A DNA stretch of 20,000 nt, taken from NCBI GenBank assembly GCA_008632985.1, contig QPGO01000279.1, positions 55,128 through 75,127 of the forward strand, given 5' to 3'. Below, in pieces: positions 9,621 through 20,000 of the stretch. Under the pieces are notes generated by a model. It had not been told where the DNA came from and did no database searches. It saw only the letters and a list, made by a program, of their open reading frames with translations. Position 1 is the stretch's first letter. Every line of letters starts with the position of its first letter. Source of the stretch: Psammoneis japonica (Eukaryota). Position numbers and translations under genes: made by a program.

Positions 9621-12265
9621 AAAGACAAGGACAAGGATTCAATCATTGACTTGCTTGCTGTGCTTCTGGCAACACTGACTCAGTCATTGCAAAGGAAGAT
9701 TTTAAAGGAATTCATGGTGTCTGGCATCGTTGACCAAAGACTCTGAATTGCCCTGATTTAGAGTCTGTCATTTGTTGTGCTGTCAAATGGCAAGTCAAAA
9801 GAATGTGATCTTTGCTTGTGATCATTCCCCACCTTGATCACAGTGTGGGACAACAGTGGGGCGAGGTCACATCCCTGAAATGGTTTTTGATAAACTCAAG
9901 TTCCATTGGGACTGTGATCCCACCTGGAACATCTGCCAGCCTGATGCCAGCATTTTGCAAGAGCCCTTGCTGTGTCATCAGAGAGGCAAGAAAGGGCACA
10001 TGAGTCCCAGGGGATCATTTGGCACTTTGAACTGGTGAGTGCACACTCAGGTTTGTTGTGTTGGCCCATCTCTGATTGAAGTGCACACTCACTCATTGGC
10101 ATTTCAGCTCTTCATTTACTTTCCCCTTTGTCATTCAGGCTTCATGTGTGACTGTTGCCCCATGATCAAATCTTTCACTTTTTGCATTTTGACTGGAGTG
10201 CCAAATGCTCAGCAAATGTTTGGCAACCATCTGGCCTTGTCATGCCCCAATCCATCCAGATGCACTCAACTTTGCCAACTGGATTTGCACTCCTGTGCAC
10301 TCAGTGATGTCCAGTGACATTTTTGCATTTGATGTTTTCATGTTGCATGTTGACATGTCAAGCTCTCAGGTTAAATGTGACAAGGCATGCTCTCATGAAT
10401 GGGCACTGCGTGTTGCATGAAGTTGTTCACATGCAATTTTCTTGTCCATGCTGCAGCATTCCCATGGGAATTTCATCTCATCAACTTTTTGCTCTCTTTG
10501 TTTTCACCAATGTCAACAGCGTGAAATTCACACACTCCGGTGGCGCCTTCTCTGCTGTGGTGAATTGGAAAATTCCTGCATTTGTGGCTGCTTCTTGCAA
10601 AACACAGTCCTTTTGTCTCCATCAATGATGTGTCTGAAGAAGTTGATGGCAACACAGAGAGCATTTGCTCTTTGAGCCAAAAACTTGAGGAACAGGGGGT
10701 TGGGATCGGCCATTGAGAATGGTTTTCTTTGCCACAACAACTCCCTTTCTTGTTGGAGGATGGTGGCAAAAAACAAAGGATCATTGGATGCCACTTCCTT
10801 TGATGCCAAAGATCCTTCTGGTGAGGAAGAAAAGTCCACCACTTCTGCTGAATTGGAGCCCAGTGCTGGGTGCATGGAATCACTGCTCATTGGCGCTCCT
10901 TTTGTGGATGATGAGGACACCAAAGATCTGTTTGCTGAGTTTGTAAATGATGATAAAGACGACAAAGACAATGAAGATGACAAAGGAACATCTCTGTGAT
11001 CTGAGACATTGACAAAGCAGAATCTACAGAAAAACATGCTGCGGCACTTCTCCAATGTAAAGTTGTGCAGAGAAGTCACAGCCATCAATTTTCTTGCACA
11101 GAGTTGGCACTTGAAATGCCATGGAACCAACCCCAGCCACCACATGCCACACAAGACGACACCCAAGTTAATGTGCAAGCATGATGTCATCAAGAACACT
11201 GTCATGTCAAACACATGCCTGTAGAAAGAGAGCATTTCAGACATGTGCAGTCCACACACTGTTGTGCAATGACAGAATCTCATCTGTGACAAGCATTTTG
11301 GATGCTCCTTTGGAGATTTTGTCCTGTCCCACACTGAACCACAGAAGTCAAACACAATGGAAGCACATGGCATTGAAAGCATCCACCTGCAACCACATTG
11401 TGACATTCCAAAGGGCGGGTGTCAAACTGCAAATCTGCATGTGGGAAAACTCCTGAACCCCTGGAAGTGTGCCAAGATCTCACTGACTGATGTTGCCATC
11501 CAGACAGTTGAGAAAATGGCAATTGCTGAGGGCATTAAAGTGTTTAAATTCATGGGTAAATGCAGAGACAACCTGCACGACACTTGCTGATTAGACTGCA
11601 GGAATGGAACACACAAAAAGTGACACCACAAGTGACAATGAAGAATGCAAAAGTGACAATGAAGGCAAAGAAGAAGGGCATGAAAAGACTCTGACAAAGA
11701 ATGCAAAGAAGTTCAAGACATTTTAGCAGATGTAAATTCCAGTCCAGATCAGCTGCAAGACGATGCAATCACCAACCACAATGACCATGGCAGTGCAGAA
11801 AACAAAGATGAACTGCAACACAAAGACAAACCAACCAAGAATGCAGGGCCATCAGCAATGAGAAGTGGAAAAGTGTGTGGTGTGGTGACACACCTCCACA
11901 GACAAAAAAAACAACAGAATGAGAGACAAAAGTGCAATTTACAGGATTGGCAGAAACCAAAGAGGAAAGACACAAAGAGAGCAAGCTCAAATGCTGTCAC
12001 CATCTGTGAACAAACACAAGTCCCAACCTAGAACAGGACATGGAATGTGACATTGAGACAGGAATGGTTGTGGCACAATTCATGCAAGAGATCAATGACC
12101 AATTGCAATCAGGAGAGGGTTTCTCATTCGCCCAGCAACACCTGCTGCATGAAGGCCTCAAGACATGTGGCCAACGAGGACATGAAACTTCAAGGGGAAG
12201 AAGGTCAAACAACTCCATGACAGAGTGTGCTTTGCACCAGTGTCAGCCAACACAGCATCCACGGA

Positions 12266-12690
12266 TTCACCAGGCAAAATTGGCAAAAGTCGGGTGTGGC
12301 AAAAAGTGTGCATTTGGTCAAAATTGATCATTGAGTGCAAATGGTGGCATCTTTGGGGTCCCTTTAAAGAGCCGGACATGCATGTTTCTCATTTGACCAT
12401 CACAGGTCCGTCTCATGGGGGGTGTCAAAACATCATGCTTTGATGCANATTTTCAATTTTATGTGACCTCAACAGCTGAGTGCATCATGTGACGATTAAT
12501 CCTCGAGATGCATCAAAGCATGATGTTTTGACACCCCCCATGAGACGGACCTGTGATGGTCAAATGAGAAACATGCATGTCCGGCTCTTTAAAGGGACCC
12601 CAAAGATGCCACCATTTGCACTCAATGATCAATTTTGACCAAATGCACACTTTTTGCCACACCCGACTTTTGCCAATTTTGCCTGGTGAA
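12266..12690. repeat. Perfect 182-bp inverted repeat (12266-12447 / 12509-12690) with each arm ending at an N, within an insertion in the Copia RT
   Basis: The arms are exact reverse complements (identical ORF translations on both strands). N at 12448 and 12691 sit exactly at arm ends. Confidence 0.9.
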
Positions 12691-14028
12691 NGTGGTGTTA
12701 AAGACATGACTCTGACTGAGAGAAAGAGAGCTGTGACAGCCCTGATGTTCCTCATGGAGAAACAAGATGGCAGCGTGAAAGTTTGGATGGTTTACAATGG
12801 AAAGCTGATCAGAGAATGGCCAGACAAGGATGAATCAGATCGATGCCAAAGAAGGGCATGACACGATGAGCGTGGATGTGCCAAATGTGTTCATTCAAGC
12901 CCAGGCACCGGAACCCAAGAGGGACAAGACTGGATCATGATGAAGATTGCAGGAGTGTTGGTCTGCATGCTGGCGAGCATTGATTCCAACCCATGTGGAC
13001 CACATGTGGTCATGGAAAAGATGAAGAGAGTCATCTGGTGTCTCGAGGTTCTCAGAGTGACATGCAGCACGCCAGTTGCAGCCTCTTCACTGGGTGCAAA
13101 AAGTTTTGCAAGGACCTGGAGAAGATTGGGTTTAAGTTCACTCCATGTGATCCATGCATTGCCAATTGCAAAGTCAACGGCAGACAGCACACAATCTGTT
13201 TTCACATGGACGACCTGTTGTGGAGCTGCAAGAACCTCAAGGTCAATGACAAATTACAGAGCCAGCTCAACAAGATGCATGGAAGCCATGGAAAAGTTGT
13301 TGTGACTGAAGGGAAGAGACACACGACTGTCTGGACATGACCCTGGACTTCAGCAAGAAAGGCAAGGTGAAGGTTGACATGACCAAACACATCCGCAAGA
13401 TGATCAAACAGCTTCCAGAAAAGATCAAGAGCACCAATGCCACCATGATGCCAGCAGGAGAGAACCTGTTTAACACAAACAACATGAGGTCACCAGCTGA
13501 CAAAGCACACCTTCCATGCATGGGCAGCCAAAGGATCATTTTTGTTCAAGAGCAGTTGAATGGACATGCACCCTGTGACTGCAGCCCTGTGTGTGTGTGT
13601 GAGTCAGGGAACCAGCCAAAAAGGATTGGGGAAAGCCAGTGCAATGTGTCAAGCACCTGAACCACACAAGGAATGAAGTTGCCGCACTGAGTGCAAAAGA
13701 CCACACCTTCAAATTCTCAAGTGGTGTGTGGATGCATCATCATTTGTGGTGCACCCAGATTTCAAGAGCCACACCAGATGCATTGTGACAATGGGTGACA
13801 GAGCAGTGCAGGCTGTTTCTAAGCACAGGAAACTGAACACCCAAAACAGCTCTGAAGCTGAGCTTGTCAGAGTCAACAATGCCATGACTGTGATTCCATG
13901 GACCAAGTCATTTGTGCAGCAACAAGGGCATCTGATTGACAAGAATGTCCCACAGCAGGACAACCAGAGTGCCATCCTGTTAGAGACCAACAGGTCAAGA
14001 GTGCCAGGAAATGGTCCAGGGTGCTCAA

Positions 14029-14436
14029 CCCTTCAACCACCGGACTTGAGCAAGTGACATTTTATTCACGCGATTTTGTTTTGGAACTTGCATTCGCCAA
14101 AAATCTGGGGGAACCCTTTTTGTAATTTAGAAAGTTCAATGTCAACTTTTAACACCGGTTTTTTTCAAGCTTCATCTGTGAACAGAGAAGAACTAAATCT
14201 CAACCTTCAACAATGCAGGTTTTTGTGAATCACTGTCACAAATGGAGCAAAACAATGCCACACCCTTGGAGCTCCCAATGAGCAAATGCACATGGCACAC
14301 TTTACGTAGATTGTGGGTGATGTGACATTTTTGTGCTGTGTTCATTGTGTTGTCATGAAAGTGCATGACACATCACAAATCCTCAAGCAAAGCAAATCTC
14401 CACCCACAGAGATTTGCTCCCCTGGTGGTTGAAGGG
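14029..14436. mobile_element. piggyBac-like MITE (408 bp) in the Copia RNase H
   Basis: TIR cccttcaaccacc / ggtggttgaaggg (13 bp exact). 4-bp TSD tcaa at 14025-14028 and 14437-14440. Removal restores GKWSRVLN-I*CSFVT (Copia KRSRALNIRYFFVT). CCC…GGG ends plus a 4-bp TSD are piggyBac hallmarks. Confidence 0.85.
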
Positions 14437-15404
14437 TCAACATTTGATGCTCCTTTGTCACAGAGATCAGATCAAGAAGGGCAACTTGAGAGCCCAGCGC
14501 TGCCCCCAAGATGACATGCTAGACTGGGAAACTTCATGATGAAGCTGTCACAGGGCAAGAAGTTCCAAAAGTTCAAGTGAGTGATCATGGGATGCCAGAG
14601 AGAAGGTGAGCAGGGTTCTTAAAATGCAGAAAAGAAAACGTAAGTGCACTGTTGTAAAAAGATGCAATTGCACTGATTTGGCAATCACATCACAATCATG
14701 TCACAATGCTCTGCCTCCCTGGCAGGGGCGCCAGGCACACCCTCCACACAGGAGCACCCTCTGCACAGGAGAAATGCTTGCCGCAGGTGAAGAAAAATGG
14801 AGCCTGTTGCACAATCTGGGTAAATTTCTAGCATCAATTTGGACCTTGATGGCAACCTAAAGACAGTGTCTAAGATAACACTGGAAACATGCACGGAAAA
14901 CTGGCAGCGTCTTCACTCATGCTGCAGTTGTTTCTTTTCCATCACCTTGTCCCAAGATGCAATTGTGGCAAGGAGAGGCAAAATGAGGGGCGGCAATTGC
15001 TTCTTTCTGTCTCTCTCGTTTCTCTTTTCTTGAGAGGTGCAATGGGGGAACGAGACAGCACTGGCAGCTGCTAGAGACTGCGTGGCATCCAAAAAGAGCG
15101 GTGGTGGTGTGGTGCCTCCAAAAAATGTGATGTGCACATGTGACACAAGATTCCACATTCCAAATTCTCACATTTGGCTCTCAAAAAGAGCTGGCACAAT
15201 GATTGCAAACCATTGCAACTGCAATTGCAACAACAGCACATGTAATCAGATTGAATGTGCATGGCAAACGCAAATTACAAACATCATTTCTCAGATCTGG
15301 TGATCGTTTGCAATCAATGTTATGACCATTCTCTGTAATTTAAGAACCCTGAAAGAAAGTGTGATAAATGCGCAAGCTGTTTGTGATGTCAAAAGAGAAT
15401 TCTG

Positions 15405-16600
15405 ATGCATGTGGGGGAAAGATCCCTGTCAAATGAGAGGCCAAAAGTGCCTCAGTTCCAATGGAACATAATTCTCAATTGGGGAGACTTTTTGTTCTTT
15501 GAGAACACATCAACCATGGAAGAGGTCAATCCCTGTGTCAATGACATGTTCAACACAGTGTTCGATGTGTTGCAGGATGCAGCAATGCAACAATGGCCTG
15601 TGGGTTGCTGGTTTAGGATCAGAGACCATGAGGCTTACAAGGAAATGGTGAACCACAACAAGTTCAAGGCTCTCATGGTGGAGAAGAGATTGCAATCAAC
15701 AAGAGCTCCGTGGGTGCCAATGGATGAAGCAAACATTGTAATGAGGAAGCAGGGCATTGAATTTAACAATGCAAATGATGAATTGCAACAATGGCTTGAG
15801 GTGGACAAGATGAAATTGACTGATGATCCTTGCCTCCACTGGGACATCCTGGACTTGTGTCAGTTGGCACAAGATGAAGCAAATGAATGAGGGTGGTCTT
15901 AGCCTGTGACAAGGTGGGGACCCCATTGTTGCCAAAATGGCAAGACCTGTGAAACAAGAGACATGAGATGATGCTGCACACTTGTGAGTGCATCAGGAAC
16001 TGGACTGAAATTTTGTCAGAGCATGTGTCTGTTCCCACACCAATGTTTTCCCTGCACAAAGAAATGGACGTGGCATGTGAAGTTGACAAGCACACCCAGG
16101 AAGCATGCAGAACAAAAGAGTGCTGGCAAGTTGTTGGAAGACAAGCCAGCAGGCAAGGTCACAGTTGTTAAAGACTGAGTGATCATTCAGTGGCTGGATG
16201 TCCCACATGTGGTGTGGACAGGTCAGGGGTCTGTGGTCCCCTTGTGAAACTTAATGCTGAAAATCCTGAAAATGCAATGAGCCAACACGTGCTCATGCGG
16301 GACAGTGATGGCATTGTGTTTGATGGACCAAAGTTGGCAAAACTTTTCCATTGCAAGACAAGTCTGGTGGGTCCATTGGTGACATGGACTTGTCACCAGA
16401 TGGAGTTCTTTGAGTTGACTCCAGAACTGATCCATGATTGGATCAGGGGACAGTTGGACAACACCTGTTTTAAGCAGTGCTGACAGAGAGAGTTCAAGAA
16501 GCATGCATCAGTGATGCAGCTGTGAATGTGCTTGATGCAGTCCTGGTTTGACATTCCAGATGGGCACATCCCAACATGCAGCAACTGGTGCAATGAGCAA
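15405..16600 (+). pseudogene. Degenerate ORF of unknown function
   Basis: Near-continuous protein-like reading (MEEVNPCVNDMFNTVFDVLQDAA…; …FFELTPELIHDWIRGQLDNTCFKQC*QREFKK) with few stops or frameshifts. No motif recognised. Confidence 0.35.
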
Positions 16601-16899
16601 AGTGCCAATGTGAGCAGCAGCAGTGTGTTGGAATGCCAAGTTGAGACACACGGATGTCATGCATTGTGACGCAGATTTGTTTAAGAAGAGATCTTTGATC
16701 TCTGATGTGGATCCATGTTGACTGAATGTGAGTGTTTTTATTCTCACTCTTTGGAGTGAATCATTTGGTTTGCACAATTGTTCATTGGTGTCCAGAGATG
16801 CCTGCATTGTGGCAGTTGCAGAGTCCACTTTGATGCCCAGGCACACCACAGCCACCAGAGACTGCCAAGGAAAGTGCAGCAAGCAGCACAGGAGACCTC

Positions 16900-18150
16900 G
16901 TGCGATTCCCTTTTGGCAACATTGACTTGCCAGTTCAACAGCAAATCCACATGGTTTTCACTGATGGAAACTCACAAGAGATCAAAGAGCTTGGAGATGC
17001 CACACAAAGGCACATGCCTGGAATGCACCAGGCAAGGTGTGGGTGGCACATTGCAGAGAAAGGTTGGTCAAGGACTGCCCCAGCAAGACCTGCATGTCCA
17101 CCTGCAGCTAAGAAATTTGAAGCTTCTTGTGGGGGCCATCCAGGTGTGGCTGTGCTTGTTCATGTGCCCAGGGGGTTGTGAGAATGAGGAAAAGATGATG
17201 GTCACCAGGGCCCTCCTTTTCATGTTTTTGCACTTCCCAATGGTCCTTGAGATTTGTGAGAGAATGGAGTCCAACCCAACACACATGTTCAAATTCATCT
17301 GTGGCAAAGTGTTCAACAAGGAAGCAAGCTGTGCTTTCTGTCAAAAGAAGTAGATTGATCTCTGCTGGGGAGCCAACAACTCCAGTCTTGAAGGTGCTAA
17401 CTTTGGCAGAAAGACCTGTGCTGCTCCAGTTTTGCCATCTCAGAACCTTGCAACAAGCACTGCAAACCTGGCAATGCAGTCAGATGCCAAGGTGAAGGGG
17501 AGCTTTTTTTGCAGTCAAGCTGTGCAGCTCATGACAAGTGTCTCTGGTTGAATCTCCCAACCGGGGATCATGTGCTCACCAAGTGCAAGGGCATTTTGGC
17601 TGGTCGATTCAAAGCCATCCCATGCTGTGAAGACATGCACAAACCCCAGTCATCCCACACAAACCAGGCAACTGGCGTGCGGAAGGACTGGACAACATGT
17701 TTGAAGATTTGTTGCAAAATGATGTAAAAGGTCCCAGAATGCCAGATGTGTTTGACCCATCAGTTGTGCCCAATCCAACTACCTTTTTTGAAGATTTGTT
17801 TGAGGAGCCAAGGTCAGCTGTGTCTTCCCTCAAGAATTGCTCAGCTGAGCAAGCGAGGAGTGCAGTTGACTTGATGATGATGCTGATGTTGAACATGGGT
17901 GCAGGAGGCTTTTCACAGATTTTGAACATCAACAACAAGGACAATGAGTCTAACGAAGAAGCAAAGATGAAGACTTGGGACTCGGCTTCCTTGCTGACTC
18001 AGAACAGGATGCTTTTCCACTGTGGACTGTGGACAGCAATGTGGTCCCACCCCCAACTGCCAACAAAGGTGTTTGCAACCTTTTGGTGCCCAGGACAAGC
18101 ATCATGTTGTGCAGTTTGCAAAGATGTTTCCTTGATTGATGTTCCAGATG
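16900..18150 (+). pseudogene. MULE/MuDR-type DDE transposase relic (C-terminal two-thirds)
   Basis: VFTDGNSQE (TDGNSQE 16960-16980), RCGWHI (17035-17052; the MULE CxxH motif), WLCLFMCPGGCENEEKMMVTRALL, NNSSLEGANFG (third acidic residue), and a possible decayed SWIM region near 18010-18060. Confidence 0.75.
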
Positions 18151-18321
18151 TGCAACCTTTGGCACAGTCCACAGATGAGATGACAGTGGACATGCAAAGA
18201 AAGCTTCAAGAATCATCAGACACAACTTGCCAAAATGAAAAGGAGAACTGCCCACCCCAATGGGTGTCAAACTGTTCGGAACATGACACCAAGAGGTGCC
18301 CACATGTGTCACAATGGACTT

Positions 18322-18490
18322 GACATCTTCTAATGTGACACACATGACATGACACAATGCATCCCTTGCATCATGTGATGCATCTGTGTCATCACACAGG
18401 GGTGCATTGTGCATTGCATGATGCATGAGTGTCACATGTGTGTTGTCATGTGATGCATTTGATGCATGTGTGTTGTCATGCACAATGCTC
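18322..18490. repeat. Low-complexity tract built almost entirely of TG/CA/AT steps
   Basis: tgtgacacacatgacatgacacaatgcat…tgcattgtgcattgcatgatgcatg…catgtgtgttgtcatg (the last motif twice). Confidence 0.7.
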
Positions 18491-18529
18491 AAATTTCATT
18501 ACAGTCAGATGCTAACTGCATTCCACAGC

Positions 18530-19400
18530 ACCTCTCTTGCCAAAAATCTTGGGAGCTCAAAAGACTCGGTCAAGGTGAATGTCCAGATTTCTTGTGTTTC
18601 TTGTTAAATTTTCTGGCATGTCTCACACTTGCACATGTGTTTTCTTGTGTCTTCACATGAGACAGACCACCACAAGTGTTGTGAGATTGTCTCTTCAGCT
18701 CCATTTTTTATGCCAGGATGCAGAAGGAGCGCATGATGCCAATCTGTGACCACTGATGCATTGCCAAGTTGCACAACACAATGTTTTGTTCTGTTCTCAA
18801 CAACAGATGTTGTTGTGTCCTCACATCAGAACTCCTTGCAATGGTTGTCATTTTTGCAAATGCACATTTCAGCAATTGCTCAAACTTGCGCAATTTTAGA
18901 AATTGCTCAAAGTTGCCATGTTTGAGCAACCGGGGATGCAAGTTTGAGCAATTGCTTCTTGAACTTTCACTGGCAAAAGCCAAGACTGAAACTTTCAGTC
19001 ATGACTGTCGAACATTGCTGAACAAGGTGTTTGCTCACATCCATTGTAAAGCTCACAAGTGTTTGAGCATTTTTCCTGTGTGGTGCAGTGTCTAGAACTT
19101 GTGAGTCAATGCAAAGACATTGTCATGGGATTTAGGTGCACTTTTGCAAACTGGTTCTTCAGTGCTGAGGTTTTCCACTGGCTCCATTTTCTTCACATTA
19201 AGTCAGCTGATTTTGTCTGCAATGATGTCAGCCTTGCCCTTGAGGTAAATTAATTTGGGACTGCATTCTTCTGTCATTTGATGCCAAGGCATGACTCTGT
19301 CCATTGTGAAATTCTTGTGAGTGAGATTCTTGTGATCCACATGTGTCTTCATCTGTGGGCCAAACAAGACACTCTGGAACTCTTGCAGTGTTTCCACTGT
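18530..19400 (-). pseudogene. pol: Gypsy #3 fragment (RNase H end and integrase H2C2), same family as #2, interrupted at ~18760-19090
   Basis: VETLQEFQSVLFGPQMKTHVDHKNLTHKNFTMDRVMPWHQMTEECSPKLIYLKGKADIIADKIS, collinear with 5109-5300. ctgaagagacaatctcacaacacttgtggtgg is shared with 5612-5643. Confidence 0.9.
18762..19090. mobile_element. Fragment of a DNA-transposon end with subterminal ttgctcaaac repeats, possibly CACTA-like
   Basis: Replaces ~130 bp of Gypsy linker. The motif ttgctcaaa/tttgagca occurs repeatedly in both orientations. The minus-strand end reads cactgcaccacacaggaaaaa, but cact overlaps host sequence. Confidence 0.45.
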
Positions 19401-20000
19401 CCCAGCTTGGCCCCTGGTGTGTGTCTGCAATCCTTGGGAGCATCCTTTGCAGGAGGCTGTGTGTTTTGTGCAAGACAAATCTCAGCGCACAACTCTGGCA
19501 TCATCTCACTGTCAGCACATTGCTGTCAAAAAACAAAAAAGCACGCAAGAATCTGGGTGCAGCAGCAACTGCAAGATGATGTTGCAAAGCATCCTTTGCA
19601 TGGGTCAAGTCACCAACACATTGCATCTGTCATTCATGATGTCTGCACTCATTGTCGCAGTGTCAGGTGGAGCTCTGGTTCATCCACAATCTGTGGAAGA
19701 CTGAATTGATGTGTTTGTTGACAGTTTCACACAGTGTTTTACTTTGTTTCAGAACTGTGTTGTCTCTGTTGCTCTGATGTCTCTCATGCTTTTTTGCATT
19801 TGCCACATGTCATTCACATTGTTGCACAGTTTTTGATGGAGATCCCAATCTAAGTGGGAATGATGCGCAGCCACTAAGACCCCCCCCACTGGGAGAATGG
19901 TGAGCCCATCTACAATGGGAGCACTGTTCTGCTGGTGAACAGTGCAGTGGTGTATCTTCACTGCTGTCTAAACACAGGACGGGGGATGACGTCAGTGAGG

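Larger units (their letters stand above)
11137..14600 (+). mobile_element. pol: Degenerate Ty1/Copia (diatom CoDi-like) pol: integrase C-terminal half, RT and RNase H
   Basis: HMPHKTTPKLM…ISDMCSPHTVV…HFGCSFGDFV…SNTMEAHGIESIHLQP…VEKMA; FAQQHLLHEGLKTCGQRG…QLHDRVCFAP; ALMFLMEKQDGSVKVWMVYNG; GFKFTPCDPCIANCKVNGRQHTICFHMDDL (HMDD 13203-13214); WCVDASSFVVHPDFKSHT…KLNTQNSSEAELV…QDNQSAILLE; KFQKFK*VIMG. Order INT-RT-RH identifies Copia. Confidence 0.92.

Noticed and set aside
9738..9766. Hairpin agactctgaatt/gatttagagtct as a Helitron 3' end
   Set aside because: No CTRR terminus downstream and no Rep/helicase relic identified.
14600..15400. 3' LTR of the Copia element
   Set aside because: No clear PPT-TG boundary and no second copy in the window to confirm it.
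16508..16882. DIRS-like RT motif (CLGIKVDS) on the minus strand
   Set aside because: A single short motif with no YxDD or other RT motifs nearby.
1..20000. The ~170 short Cys/His-rich ORFs in the six-frame track as real genes
   Set aside because: TA depletion removes TAA/TAG stops and TG/CA enrichment inflates Cys/His/Met, so overlapping ORFs on all frames are expected. Only frames carrying TE motifs or long protein-like runs were kept.
19400..20000. Coding region at the right edge
   Set aside because: No recognisable motif in any frame; left unannotated.

Overview
This window is eukaryotic, transposon-dense, heterochromatin-like DNA with no intact gene. A diatom or other stramenopile host is inferred from the style of the Ty3/Gypsy, Ty1/Copia (CoDi-like) and MULE protein relics. 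It holds three degenerate Gypsy pieces (1-4515 minus, ~4585-8019 plus, ~18530-19400 minus), one Copia pol relic (~11137-14600), a MULE transposase relic (~16900-18150) and several nested insertions with readable borders. The insertions are an 8-bp-TSD TIR element, a piggyBac-like MITE, and an LTR fragment flanked by a 16-bp duplication. Two things stand out. (1) The repeats have lost both CpG and TpA, each converted to TpG/CpA: conserved Tyr codons have become Cys/His and paired repeat copies differ by TA vs TG/CA. This suggests a repeat-targeted, context-specific A:T->G:C process running opposite to fungal RIP. (2) A ~380-bp insertion (~46-428) inside the Gypsy pol has largely escaped this erosion and folds by eye into a dense multi-helix RNA on the + strand that I cannot assign to a known family. 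Most ORFs in the supplied track are artefacts of TAA/TAG depletion.
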